From assembly GCA_032718475.1 (NCBI GenBank), contig JAUCBJ010002643.1:1-64000 (forward strand): DNA of 64,000 bases, written 5' to 3'. The stretch's first letter is position 1; every line of letters starts with the position of its first letter. The notes beneath the pieces are model-generated. The model was not told the DNA's origin, ran no database searches, and saw nothing but the letters and a program-made list of their open reading frames with translations. Origin of the DNA: Nemertoderma westbladi. Lineage: Eukaryota; Animalia; Xenacoelomorpha. The position numbers and the translations under genes are program-made. This document shows positions 26,245-38,900 of this stretch, piece by piece.

Positions 26245-27368
26245 CACCCATGACATTTGCTAGATCATCCGCTTCTTCAAGGGCAGTGTCCTTTAAGATG
26301 CGTCTCAAGAAAGTCATGGGCTGTCCACCATGCTTATTCAGTCCATGAGGCTGCCAAAGTATAAGTTTATGCAATGGCTGGTCCTCACGGTGAAAGCAAT
26401 GTCCTGCAAAGCGGAGGCGATTTTGTTCTAGTGTCAAGCTTGGGGGAACCAATGAGACACCTCCAATGTTATATAGTGTTTGGTTGGAGATGTGTGCATT
26501 GTACTTGACACAATGTACCCGGCGTAGTATTCTTGTGAATGTGCCATCCAGAGATTTGGTGTCCTCAGCAGTTAGAGCCCAACATGGACTCTCATAGAGA
26601 GGTACTGGAACTACTGCTGCTCTAAATAATCGGACCTTAAGTTTCCGATTAATTCTCGGTGACTTCCAAATCCTGCAAAGCATATTCAGGCTGCCCAATG
26701 CTTTCCCTTACGTATTCGAAGGTCCTCATCTGACTTCCGGATCCATGATCCCAGGTAACAGAAGTCGTCCACATGCTCAAGCATACCATCCTTTGAGCTT
26801 ATGCTCATCCGATCAGAGACTTGCTGAGGACTTTCAAAGTTAACTGTCAAAATTTTGGTCTTTCTGGAGTTAATACAAAGACCAACACTAGAAGCAGCAT
26901 GTTCTAATGAGCTGAGGAGCCGTTGGGCTCCCTCTTGTGATTCTGAGAGTACTCCTAAGTCATCAGCAAAGTCTAGATCAGTTAGGTACTTGGCAGGATT
27001 TCCTCGACTTCTGGAGCCAGTAGGTGGAGTTATCATCACCCCATCATCATTATGAGGATCTAAGAAGGACGTGCGTAGAACATAGTCAACCACAATTATG
27101 AACAAGAATGGTGCAAGTGTGTCTCCCTGGAGGACTTCCCATAACACTTCAAATGGTTCTGTGTCAACGTCAACAGTAGACACAAATGTTGTCGAACCAT
27201 CGTATACTGATCTGATTGCTGCAATAATTTCATCAGGAATCCCATATAATGAAAGTATGCTGAACATACGTGAGAGAGAGACTGAATCAAAGGCCTTGAA
27301 GAAGTCAACAAAGATAACAGCCAGATGCCTATCTTTCTTTTTTGATAACTCTTCTTTTATCCTTCGGG
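26245..27368 (-). pseudogene. RTE-clade LINE reverse transcriptase fragment, frameshifted
   Basis: FVDFFKAFDSV, LQGDTLAPFLFIIVVDYVL, LDFADDL, FCYLGS, LKVRLFRA, RLRFAGHC. Confidence 0.88.
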
Positions 27369-27489
27369 TATCGTATGGGCTCCATGGTCCCACGAATGCC
27401 GAATTGGCCGAATGCCAAAATAAGGATCACGAGACGAATTACAGAAATGCTGAAATGTTTGATCCTGTTTAAACACTTAGTTAGTAGGC

Positions 27490-27637
27490 CTACAACATGA
27501 ATAAACCATGCAGTTAGATGTATAATAATACTGTTCGGGTTTGCAATTAGCACAACATTAATTTGACAATGCAGTTAGGTGTATAATAATATTGTTTGGG
27601 TTTGCAGTTAGCTCAACATTAAATAGACCATGCAGTT
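27490..27637. repeat. ~61-bp tandem repeat, left part (continues at 40502-40630; split by B')
   Basis: tgcagttaggtgtataataatactgtt...gcacaacattaa units flank B' on both sides and join through the TSD. Confidence 0.8.
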
Positions 27638-28844
27638 TGTACGCGCTTTTGAAGGCCTTTAGCAGTTTAACCTGCCAAAATTTATATGTCTTTTGGTTTA
27701 TAAATAGACTTTAGAAGTTGACAAATATTTAATACCAATAAACACAACATTAGCAGAAGCCAGCCTAGTGCGCGTCCATTCACCCGCTGGATATACCCGG
27801 GAGACTGGATTCTGAGGGCTTAGATTATTATTGCAGTGTAAGCTTACTGTATTATTCGATTGATCGTTAATAAATAATTTCTGACTAATATTATTCACTT
27901 TCGGGAAATATTAACAGTTCCTTTAGGACGTGGCGCTCTATCTAGGTAAACAGAGATATGACTTATACTAATCACAACGGTAAGTCGGTAAGGCTTATGA
28001 TTCACGTATGAGGCGCATTCTTTAGGAAATGCTTAGTTATCAGCCACAATCATGCACGCTACCGGTAACACACAATACTGCTCACTAATTTGCCGACCGT
28101 CAATGAATTTTATCATATATAAAGAGAACAGCAACTGACTCATGTAGTGCTTATCAAATAGCATTAAATTCACTACAAACCACAATAATATAAGTCGCAA
28201 TCGCTATATATAACCCGTCTCTCTAACCTGTAGTGTATCAAGAAAATTGGGAAATTTGGGTTCTTTATAAATGTTCTCCAAATAATAATATTCAACCAAA
28301 ACACAACAGTAAATAGCATTAAGACGGTAGGTTAAGATGGTAACACTGTTTGACTGGACCGATAACAGTTATACGCTCTATAATCTAAAGCCTACTAATG
28401 TTTCTTCTAAAGTCTGAAACGAATTGACTCTAGAGCCGGTGTTCCTGGCCTAGATAGAAACAACACAACAGTAACAAAAACACTCTCTGACTCTAACACC
28501 GTTGCAGGTATCTTTTTACAAAGAGAGGAATCGCTCTCATTGGCAGAACACCAGATTCCACAGGTTCCACGAATATCTAAATGCCGAACTATCAGGATTT
28601 TTGCAGCCCTTGGCCAACACACAAAATGAGTCACTCCGCTCGGTTGCCCTGGTTGCATACTCTGCTGATATAGCTCTGGTTGGCCGATAGAACGTAGTAA
28701 AGAGCCCCTCGTATAACAAATCAGCCAATCAGCCGGTCGCTTTGCATCATTCGAGTTAGAGAGCTTTTTAGAGTATTCCAGCGCCTGGGGGGGAACTGGA
28801 TTGCAAAGCAAAAGGGCCAGTTATATCCCACAGAAGCTTTTACA
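27638..28844 (-). repeat. 3' LTR of B' (1207 bp)
   Basis: Direct repeat of 39295-40501 with TG...CA ends. Confidence 0.95.
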
Positions 28845-28922
28845 CCGCTCCCAGAAAATGGGATTTGAGTCTATTAATATACAAAAATCACAGTTTCTAA
28901 TATACGTAAATACTCTAAACAG

Positions 28923-30370
28923 TTAGTCTTTCTTGCGCGGACGGCGTTTACGCAGTTTTTTAAAGCTGACCAGAGTCTTTTTCTCTTTGGGGCGAGCCAC
29001 TTTACAAGGAGGGCTATAACTCCTGGGTGAAGGGTGCAATATGATTGCATCAGAGGGTGTAGGATTATGGTCGGTGTATCCGCCAGTCGAAGTGCCGGGT
29101 TGATTGACATCAACATCGGGGGAGAGGGGTTTAACGGCCTTGAGAGCGCGTTTTAGGACAGCCGCTCTGACGGGTCCTTTACGAGTGGTCTGAACGAGAG
29201 CCGTGGGTGGACCATAGGCAGTCAGAAACCTCCTGGGTTTAATGGTTCTTTCCAACTCGCGTTCGCGGGCTCGGTATTCGTAAGGTCGTCGATACACTTC
29301 CTGTAACTCGGGGTGTGAGTTAACAAATAAGTCTCCATAGTCCGGATCCTGACGGATATAATTGATTAAGTTATAGGAATGAAGGTCGCTAGGATTAACA
29401 CTCCTGAGAAATTTGCGTACGAACTTGGTTGAAATACATTCTCCGACGCGCTTCAGTAGTTCGTAACTCGATATGCGTGATTTCTGTTCGACAGAAGCGA
29501 ATAGATAAGGATGGAACGCATAAATTCCTTCGTAAGCGCGTCCAGGATAATAACGATGGCGCGAATCACAATGTAAATCAGCGTTCGCTTCCCAAGCTCT
29601 GATGTAACGTAGTGTGATCATTTCATCTACGCTTTCCAAATCGTGATTAAAAGGGCAATCGAAACTGGCGTGTCCCTTTAGTTGACAATGGTGACATTGA
29701 GTCATAAATTGAGGGCAAACCGCAAAAATGTGCAAGTTATTGAGTCTGCAATACGCACAATAAATTTCCATCACCGGTTGTTCGTGGAAATAGGAACAGC
29801 GGACGTTTGTGTCCATGGGCGTAACATGGTCTCTCGATGCGCATAACCGACAACGTTGCCGAGAAACATAGTTGGCATGGCGATAATTGTACGCAGTGAG
29901 ACACTGTGGACCTTGATACCATTCTAGGATGTAATCGTTGTCGCTGTTCCGGGCGCGATAGGCTGAATCTCCTCAGATTCTAGGCATATTGGTTCGTCTT
30001 CCCAGTCTGTTACGAATAGAATTTTCGTGATCTATTCTCGGTTTATCGTTCCGACTCCGCTGGGTATGATATTAAATAGAACCATTTCCCTTTCGGTGTC
30101 TACATCGTCCGTATCATGTAAATTGATAGGATGGCCGGTAGTTAGGAAGTCCATATACGTACTATTACGATGCGTATAGCGAGCGGTGAATTTTCGATAG
30201 TCCAATTCACGCGTAAGTTGCTCTTGTGACATCGGCGGTTCGATATAACGACCATCGTCCTCCGTAATGGTTGGATCGGCTTCACCGCGTATCAAGCTAT
30301 CCACAAATGCTTGCAAAGGTAGAGTATATCACTCCCTGATACCAAGATCATCTTCTATCAACTCCGTCAT
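28923..30370 (-). pseudogene. Extra 3' ORF of B' with tandem Cys/His knuckles; N-terminal part disrupted
   Basis: ORF 28923-29816 has CAYCRLNNLHIFAVC and CHHCQLKGHASFDC and a basic tail; 30032-30370 matches the B ORF at 19058. Confidence 0.65.
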
Positions 30371-31998
30371 ATCTATTATCTGAGTTTATTAATATTATAA
30401 TGAGTTTATGTTTAGGCGAGCGGGCGTCGCTGCCTACCTTTCTTTGACCCCGGACAGTGGGATTCTCAGCGCCGATGTACCGTCGTCGCGGTGTTTACGC
30501 CAACATGTAGCAACAGCACGACAACGATAACCGGCACAAGTCCCTCCACTGTCCGTCCCAAAGGCTTGATTCACTTTAGGTTCTTTCTATAGGAGAGTTG
30601 GGCTACTTTCACAATTGCGACTAGCTACTGTAAACATACTTTAGCAGTAACATTCACCTATAAACGCACAAATTCCACACAACTGTCACCAATTGTACAC
30701 ATACAGGCCATTTGTCCGTTAGTCAGTGCCTTCCAGAATGTCACGTTATTACTGTGTATCCTTGGGTACTAACAGTGTGCTATGTATTCTCTATGCTATG
30801 CAATGGGACAAGCTTTCTATTGTTCTTTTAACTTGCTTCTAATTGTAGCGTGGGTGTTGCTATGGTGACATTATGGAAAGCTAGCGGTAGAATTAGAGTA
30901 ATTCTCATGCATACAGATCTGGAATGCTATTTAATAGTAATTCTTTAATTGTCAATATCCTCTTTATACATGATTTTATTAATTTTATCGGCTATTGACT
31001 ATATGTTGGAGATTCTCGCACTCTAATACACTCAATAGGGTGAATCTCCGCTCCCATGATCTATTAATTAATGGAATTTTGGGAATGTTATAAATTGCAC
31101 AAAGTGACAATTTATGAAATTCATTTAAAATATGAATTTAAATTTATTCCCGTGAATTTTATTATTTGATATTAAAATTGACACAATTTTTATTCCAGAG
31201 CATGTCTGGGGACTTAGGATCCTTAATTCTATAAAATTGTCTTTTAAGAGTATCGGTAAGTGCTGCGATATCTTAATTGACTAGAAATTTTAAAGGATCT
31301 AAATTTTACAGATTTTAATAAATATTAAATTAATATTTAAGATGGGCACCGATTTATTCCAGAACTTGTCTGGGGACGTTAACCACTGATTCTAGAATTT
31401 GTCTTTCAAGTATATCGGTGGGTGCCGCGATATCTTAATCGACTAGAATTACAGATGGTCAAAAGGTTTAACAGATTTATTTGCGTTTTACGCTACTGTT
31501 AGAGGGACATCACGCTACTATATGTATTATTTAATATAAGGTAGAAGAGCAATATCGCACGAAGCAATGTCAGTGTGAAGAGGCAAGTCGTTTCCAAGGT
31601 CTACCCAGAGCTTGGTTTAGCCGAGACACGAGGATCTGAACTTTGCATTCCTAATACTCTGCCTACCAATAATACTTGAATATAGTAGTGGCTTTATTGT
31701 ACTTTAATAAGTACGGACATTTCATCTTACTGTAGTCACGTATTTATAATATGATACGGACAGTAAGGAAAGAGAAAAAATAATTATTTCTCGCCGTCAC
31801 ACTAAATATATTATAAGTAATTACGTACGTAATAAACACTAATATATTGCACTAATCTACTAAATAATCACTAAAATAACATTCTACTAAATAAAATTAA
31901 AGGAAACGATTATAATAAAATTACATAATAATACATACATAAATATAAAATAAAAACAAATATAAAATGATATAGTCACACGCCCACTCCATATGTTA

Positions 31999-34900
31999 TT
32001 ACGTTATGGAGTCCCTAGATATTTGTCGGATTAGGGAAGTGGTCGTAGGAAGAGTATCTTGCCTTCCATAGTTTCCGGACAGTTTTCGGTCTCTTTCCAG
32101 TAAACATAAACGACTAGCTGGGCGATTTAGTTGTTGTGTTACTTTCTCCGCTCCCTTGGCCTGTCTAATCTTCACCGGGGTAAGATGAGGAAGCCATTCT
32201 TCTTCTTCTTTACTTAAGAAGTCGGATCCACCTAACCAGCCTGGATTATCTATCAGTTCTTGAGGAGTTGCTCCTCTGGAAGCGATGTCGGCTGGATTAA
32301 TCGTCCCAAGGCAATGTCTCCATTGATCTACATTGGAGTTAATATCGTCATTATCTGAGGAGTATGGTGTTCCCTCAGTTGGATCGTCCACATCACTGCT
32401 CTCCACTTCCCATTCCTTTACTTGGTATACCTGTTGTTGAGGTAATCTCTCTTTGAGAGTTCTATGGGAAGGGCCGGTGAAGTACCAACCTACTCTAGTT
32501 CTTACCGCATAGGTTTGTAGTGGCTGCGGTTGAGCAGGCCGTTTCTCCAATGTCTCGAGCGCCTCATGCGCGTTTTGGCCGATGAGTATTATCGGAGGAT
32601 AATCTGTCTGGAATCGAGGTATCTTAAGATGTTGGATGCTCTCATCCTCGTCCCAGTTATAAAGGTCTGCTTGGGTAGTAGCGAAGTTCTTTATAGCCAC
32701 CATTTTTACCGACCTTATACCTTGTTGTGCTCCTAATTTATCCTGGGGGGTGGACAACACACCTACATAGTAATCTGCCGTTAGGGTAGATTTCCAAACC
32801 TGCATAATTCCTAACATATTCAATTTAGTCCGGAATTTGGGTTGTCCAGCAAAGATATCTTCGGCTAGTTCTTGATCGATGAATGTTCCTGTGTTGCCGG
32901 AGTCAAGGAGGGCGTTCACTATGTAACTTTTGTTAGGACCATGAACTCTTACCTGCACTACAGGAAATTCTCTGATTCCTACGTTGGAAGTTGGAGCTTT
33001 CCAAGATGGTTGTCTGGCAAAAGTAGTTGGGGGGGACTCATTGTCGGTGTCCTTTTCATAAGTAAGTGCTCGATACACTGAGGTATTTATTAGGTAACAG
33101 GATTCGTTGGCGTCGGAGAATTCGTCAGTATAGAATCCTTCCATCTCAGACTCCTGATCAGTGTTATTTACATCACTGAATTGGACATGTAGTTCGGGCT
33201 CACTTACCTGACTCGGGTTGTCTCGTTCGAACTCACTGTGTAACAAGATGTGATGTTTCGCGCCACACTTTGCACACTTTACGTCGGAGTAACAGGTTCG
33301 CCGTTGGTGTCCTGATCTGAGGCAATTATAGCATAACCGCTTATCCCACAGGACTGTACGTCTGTCTACAAGGGATTTCTTTAGAAATTCAGCACACGCA
33401 CTCAAACGGTGGGGCCTGTCGCACAGCGCACATTTTGGTTTGATGTTACTCACTTTACCTTGGGTAACGTTATGCACTCTCGTTCTTTCTTCGGGCTTTC
33501 TTCCGTGAATTCTCTTAGGAGACGTAGGAGGAGTTGTTGTTACCTGTTCTCTCCTGTCACTGGTTCGAGACTTATATTTACTTACGTCTTTATAGGTCTT
33601 GTTGTCATAGTAAGATTTTGCTGTGTCTTTCCCGCTGTCCTCTTCTTGAGAAGCTTGGCTTTCGCCGTCGTCAGTATAACACACTGGTATTATCCTTCTC
33701 CTAGAAACGGGTTTCTCACTTACCTTATTTTCCGATGTTTTCTCTCTGGACTGCTTTATGAGTTGTAATTTTACTTCACTATCTAAGAAGGACATGAGAT
33801 CAGCCATGGTAGGGCTTCGTCGTTGCTGCTCATTCATATACAACACTTTCTTGTCCCAGCGTGTACATACTCCACCCTTTGGTAAAGTAGAGACTACTGC
33901 TCCAATAACCATGGAACTCTGATATTCATGAGACTTACCTAACCAGTCCAATTGTCTACAGATCTCCTGAATCTCATCGGAAAACTCTATAATCCCGCTA
34001 CTAAGGAAGTTTCGGGGGGCTACTAATTTTGCATACAAATACTTAGCTATGTTATCCTTGTTACCATACCTGATGTTTAATGTATCCCAAACTTGTCTTA
34101 ATCCTTCTGGATGTCCAATAAACTTTAACGCCATTAACTTGGGAGGTCCTTCCAAGCACTTGATGAGGAACCTAAGTTTCTCTCCGTTAGATAGCACAGA
34201 GTTCTGTATGCTGTCTTTGTAATATTCGTTGAAAGGTAACCATTTCATCTCATCTCCATTTAATTTGACGATCTCTCCCACTTTGACCGCTTGGCGGGCT
34301 TCTGTTCTAGCCATCTGACGCGTAAAGCTTTCTTGGGCCATCGTGTTATTTAATATCGAATTATCGGTATATAAATTTCTCGGATCATTATCAGGTCTAT
34401 AGGGAATATCATTAACAACAGGTCTATAATCACCCTTAATAGGGTTTGCTATAGGAGTTTCTACTTCACTAGCAGTATAGATGCGTGTAGGCTCCACACC
34501 TTGCGCATGTAATACTTCAGACCTAACAGGTTGACACAATGTTACAGGGGGTATTGGTATACCCTTTTGTATATTGACTAATTTGTCGCGTTCCAGCGCG
34601 ATACTTTGCTGCACTTCTTGCAATTCTAACCTACTTTCCCTTACTGTTCCCTTAAGTTGGTGGACAGTCTCCTGCATCTGTCCGAGCAGGAGATTCATCC
34701 CCCGCCGTCCCTCCTCTACCCACTCAACCGCCGAAGCGGGAGTCGCCAACATTGTAGCGGGCTGACGCGGGACGACGGGAGACAAATCTTTGATTTCTCT
34801 CTCAGCTTCCAGGACAGGGATATTCTCATGGACTGTTCTACCGGGTACAGGCAGTGTAGTACTGTGTAAAGGGAACTTAGAGTTAAGCTCTGGAAGTACA

Positions 34901-36174
34901 GGGGTCTCTAGCACAGGAGTGACTTTGGGAACGACAGGCCTAATTATTTCAGGCTCATCAACTATAGTAGGGAGTTTTTTGACCTTAATAATTTGGTCTG
35001 TAGGTTCTATACTACTTAAGTCCGTGCTAGCTAGTTGTCTTCTAACAGCTGGGGGCAAATCAGGCAATTTGTCACGGTAAGATGTTTTTCTACGCCTGCT
35101 TAGACGAGACCCTGCTCCGCCTTCAGGATCGGTGGTTTCGCTTTCCTCCGATGACGTATATCCCTGGCGTTTGGGAGTAGATCTTCTGTTCATCTGCATG
35201 TGACTAGCAGTTAACTGTTTATTTATGTTGTCTTGCGTCTCTTGCAGATTTTCCAACTCCAGTTGGGTAGTCTCCTCAGAGGCTCTCCATTCTGCTTCTG
35301 CCACTGCCTTTGCTGCTTTTCTTTCTGCTTCTGCTTCTGCCGCCGCTGCCTTTCTTTCTGCTTCTACTTCTGCCATTGCCGCTGTTACTTTTCTTTCTGC
35401 TTCTGCTTCTGCCGCCGCTGCCTTTCTTTCTGCTTCTACTTCTGCCATTGCCGCTGTTACTGCAGCTGCCTTTCGGTCCTCTATCCGTTTTTTCTTTACT
35501 AGTTCTTCTTGGACTCTAGTGAGGCGGAGTTTTTCATCAAACTCAGCTTGGTTAGCAGCTAACATTTCAGCATCGATTGAGTCTAACACACGCTGGGTTC
35601 CTTCACTATTAGGGGAAAGTCCAGACAGCCGTCTCCTCAACTCTTCGTCTCCTAGGAATCGCTGATAGTCGGACAGATAGATGTCAATGGCGTCTCTAGT
35701 TCGCGGCTTCTCTGCTGCTGTTAATTCGCTTTCCACTTCGCTTTCCACCTCGCTTTCCACTTGAGAAGAAGTGGCGTCGGTTGATTCTTCATAGGTTGGC
35801 CGCTCATCATAAACCGTATCCGCCATCTTCGCTCCGCGTTCGGGCGTCCGCTCAACAGTATCCGAACTACTGGAGCTATCGGGCCGCTGAGAACTAGGTT
35901 CTTGGCTAGGAGGTTGCTGCTGTTTTATAGCTTCTTCTTGATCCCGCTTGACTTGGGCCCGAGTACCTATGGCAGACCAACGGCGCTTCACTAACTTCGC
36001 AAATTGCGAAATCTTTTCTACCAACCTAGGTTCTGACACAACCACCGCAGGGGTTGCCCTTCTTACAGTATGAGGGGTTTCAGACCTCGGTCTGGGATTC
36101 TCTACACTTTGATCTGAGAAACAGGCTGTTGTTTCTAGGAGACTATCTGACAGAGTTTGCCTTGTGTCAGCCAT
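31999..36174 (-). CDS. Gag-protease polyprotein of B' (1391 aa), RT and integrase deleted
   Basis: Single open frame: coiled coil, BEL Gag, three knuckles, ALLDSGNTG, then QWRHCLGTINPADIASRG remnant. Confidence 0.9.
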   Translation of the reverse strand: MADTRQTLSDSLLETTACFSDQSVENPRPRSETPHTVRRATPAVVVSEPRLVEKISQFAKLVKRRWSAIGTRAQVKRDQEEAIKQQQPPSQEPSSQRPDSSSSSDTVERTPERGAKMADTVYDERPTYEESTDATSSQVESEVESEVESELTAAEKPRTRDAIDIYLSDYQRFLGDEELRRRLSGLSPNSEGTQRVLDSIDAEMLAANQAEFDEKLRLTRVQEELVKKKRIEDRKAAAVTAAMAEVEAERKAAAAEAEAERKVTAAMAEVEAERKAAAAEAEAERKAAKAVAEAEWRASEETTQLELENLQETQDNINKQLTASHMQMNRRSTPKRQGYTSSEESETTDPEGGAGSRLSRRRKTSYRDKLPDLPPAVRRQLASTDLSSIEPTDQIIKVKKLPTIVDEPEIIRPVVPKVTPVLETPVLPELNSKFPLHSTTLPVPGRTVHENIPVLEAEREIKDLSPVVPRQPATMLATPASAVEWVEEGRRGMNLLLGQMQETVHQLKGTVRESRLELQEVQQSIALERDKLVNIQKGIPIPPVTLCQPVRSEVLHAQGVEPTRIYTASEVETPIANPIKGDYRPVVNDIPYRPDNDPRNLYTDNSILNNTMAQESFTRQMARTEARQAVKVGEIVKLNGDEMKWLPFNEYYKDSIQNSVLSNGEKLRFLIKCLEGPPKLMALKFIGHPEGLRQVWDTLNIRYGNKDNIAKYLYAKLVAPRNFLSSGIIEFSDEIQEICRQLDWLGKSHEYQSSMVIGAVVSTLPKGGVCTRWDKKVLYMNEQQRRSPTMADLMSFLDSEVKLQLIKQSREKTSENKVSEKPVSRRRIIPVCYTDDGESQASQEEDSGKDTAKSYYDNKTYKDVSKYKSRTSDRREQVTTTPPTSPKRIHGRKPEERTRVHNVTQGKVSNIKPKCALCDRPHRLSACAEFLKKSLVDRRTVLWDKRLCYNCLRSGHQRRTCYSDVKCAKCGAKHHILLHSEFERDNPSQVSEPELHVQFSDVNNTDQESEMEGFYTDEFSDANESCYLINTSVYRALTYEKDTDNESPPTTFARQPSWKAPTSNVGIREFPVVQVRVHGPNKSYIVNALLDSGNTGTFIDQELAEDIFAGQPKFRTKLNMLGIMQVWKSTLTADYYVGVLSTPQDKLGAQQGIRSVKMVAIKNFATTQADLYNWDEDESIQHLKIPRFQTDYPPIILIGQNAHEALETLEKRPAQPQPLQTYAVRTRVGWYFTGPSHRTLKERLPQQQVYQVKEWEVESSDVDDPTEGTPYSSDNDDINSNVDQWRHCLGTINPADIASRGATPQELIDNPGWLGGSDFLSKEEEEWLPHLTPVKIRQAKGAEKVTQQLNRPASRLCLLERDRKLSGNYGRQDTLPTTTSLIRQISRDSIT

Positions 36175-37539
36175 GTTTGATTGTACAGTTGAATGCCTAC
36201 TGCTATATTACAGTTAAAGCAAGTCTAGTAATTCAGTATCACTGTTAGCCTAATAATTAATTACCGATACTGCTACTCAGTGTAGCGTGATATATATATA
36301 ATATATTAGAATACCGGTATGCTTATAGTATATATATAAGTATTATTACAGACTAGATTTGTCACAGAGTACCGGTATATAAATTTAGCACAAATATATA
36401 TAAATATATAATAGGCCTATCGTGAATACCGGTATACAGCTGACACTTATAGTATATATAAGTATAATTATTACAGACTAGAATTAATTACAGAATACCG
36501 GTATGATTTCAGCTCAAATTTATAGAAATAAATATAATAAGCCTATGGTAAATACCGGTATGTCAATTATTCTAGAATAATTGAATTTCTGAATATTTTA
36601 GGGTTACTTGGTTACTTTAACCTACTTTATTACCGTTATTTAAGCAGTAGTCCAACCGATATTGAGACCTAGTTGTTGTATGGCAGGCCTACTATTTATA
36701 AATCGTTTGAGTTGATTTATAATATATATATACCCGTTTAAAAGGGGTTTTGTCAATATTTGAAATAAATGTTATTATTTCTGGGGGGTCACTACACAGA
36801 AGCTGTGCGCTCTCAGTGAAGTGCTATTTATTGGACACTAAAACAGATAATTCTAATTTACCTAAGTTACTTAATACTACAAATTACTTACGATACGGGT
36901 GAGATTAAATCTCTAATTTAAACACAACAAAATTACAAAAAAACACAAATACGAATTTTTAGGGTAATTTTACAAGGAACTACAAACCAGTCTAACAGAG
37001 TGTTAGATTTTCTGGTTATTACAACAGACAGGATACTACGGTATTTGAAAATAATAAGTAGTAGTAAATACACTGTGTTGTCCAGATAGGAAAATACCAC
37101 CGTCTGACGACCTATAGCCGTATCGCTATAGGTACTACGTTATGTATCACGGAGTGTCCCTACCTAGAAGTTAATTACCGCGGTCTACCAGAACCAACGT
37201 GCCTATTAACCACTTTACAACACAATACACTGCCTACACACTAATTACTTTCGGAAAGCACTGTACACCAAACCCTAAATTAGGTACAAATACTTATTAA
37301 AAACAGATAACTAGCAGCTAAATATACTTGAACAGTTAAAAGAACCACGGCATCTGCTGGAGTGACCGAAGCACAAAGTCACCAGTCTTTTCCTACGCCA
37401 AGCAGCCCGTGTAGTACCGGGGTTAATTTAACTATAACGGTATGTGTAACAAGCACAATTACTGTAGGAATAAACTTGGGGACATGAATGTTGCGAATAA
37501 TCGCATAAACTCTGAATAAGAAATATTACGCTACCCGTA

Positions 37540-38900
37540 CAGAATACTCATAAACAAATACAAACCAAACGCTGGCAGACTACCACCAAGCCTAAATAAA
37601 CTACCGTACGTGTAGATTCCGAAATGGTTAGTTAGTATGCGTTCTAACACGGTAGTACGACTTATTCTTTAAGAGGGGATTGACCTTACAGCTATGGCTG
37701 CCCCAACTTACTAACTGGCACTTTATCAGACAAACTCTACACACGCAGCAATCTCTTCAGACCTAATAATAGCTAGACAACAATCCAGCCTACAAAATAT
37801 CTGAGTAATAACTATTACGGTACCTGAACAGACCACACAAACAAACACAGGCCAAAACGCTGGCAGAATACTGTCAAGCCTAAATAAACTACAGTATGTG
37901 CAGATTCCAAAATGGTTAGTTAGTATGCGTTCTAACACGGTAGTACGACTTATTCTTTAAGAGGGGATTGACCTTACAGCTATGGCTGCCCCAACTTACT
38001 AACTGGCACTTTATCAGACAAACTCTACACACGCAGCAATCTCTTCAGACCTAATAATAGCTAGACAACAATCCAGCCTACAAAATATCTGAGTAATAAC
38101 TATTACGGTACCTGAACAGACCACACAAACAAACACAGGCCAAAACGCTGGCAGAATACTGTCAAGCCTAAATAAACTACAGTATGTGCAGATTCCAAAA
38201 TGGTTAGTTAGTATGCGTTCTAACACGGTAGTACGACTTATTCTTTAAGAGGGGATTGACCTTACAGCTATGGCTGCCCCAACTTACTAACTGGCACTTT
38301 ATCAGACAAACTCTACACACGCAGCAATCTCTTCAGACCTAATAATAGCTAGACAACAATCCAGCCTACAAAATATCTGAGTAATAACTATTACGGTACC
38401 TGAACAGACCACACAAACAAACTCAGGCCAAAACGCTGGCAGAATACTGTCAAGCCTAAATAAACTACAGTATGTGCAGATTCCAAAATGGTTAGTTAGT
38501 ATGCGTTCTAACACGGTAGTACGACTTATTCTTTAAGAGGGGATTGACCTTACAGCTATGGCTGCCCCAACTTACTAACTGGCACTTTATCAGACAAACT
38601 CTACACACGCAGCAATCTCTTCAGACCTAATAATAGCTAGACAACAATCCAGCCTACAAAATATCTGAGTAATAACTATTACGGTACCTGAACAGACCAC
38701 ACAAACAAACACAGGCCAAAACGCTGGCAGAATACTGTCAAGCCTAAATAAACTACAGTATGTGCAGATTCCAAAATGGTTAGTTAGTATGCGTTCTAAC
38801 ACGGTAGTACGACTTATTCTTTAAGAGGGGATTGACCTTACAGCTATGGCTGCCCCAACTTACTAACTGGCACTCTATCGGACAAACTCTACACACGCCG
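37540..38900. repeat. 288-bp tandem array (~4.5 copies) in the B' leader
   Basis: Near-identical 70-aa ORF calls at 37726, 38014, 38302 and 38590 mark the 288-bp period. Confidence 0.95.

Noticed and set aside
37726-38802. Four near-identical 70-aa ORFs as a gene cluster
   Set aside because: They track the 288-bp leader repeat and use non-ATG starts; no recognisable protein.
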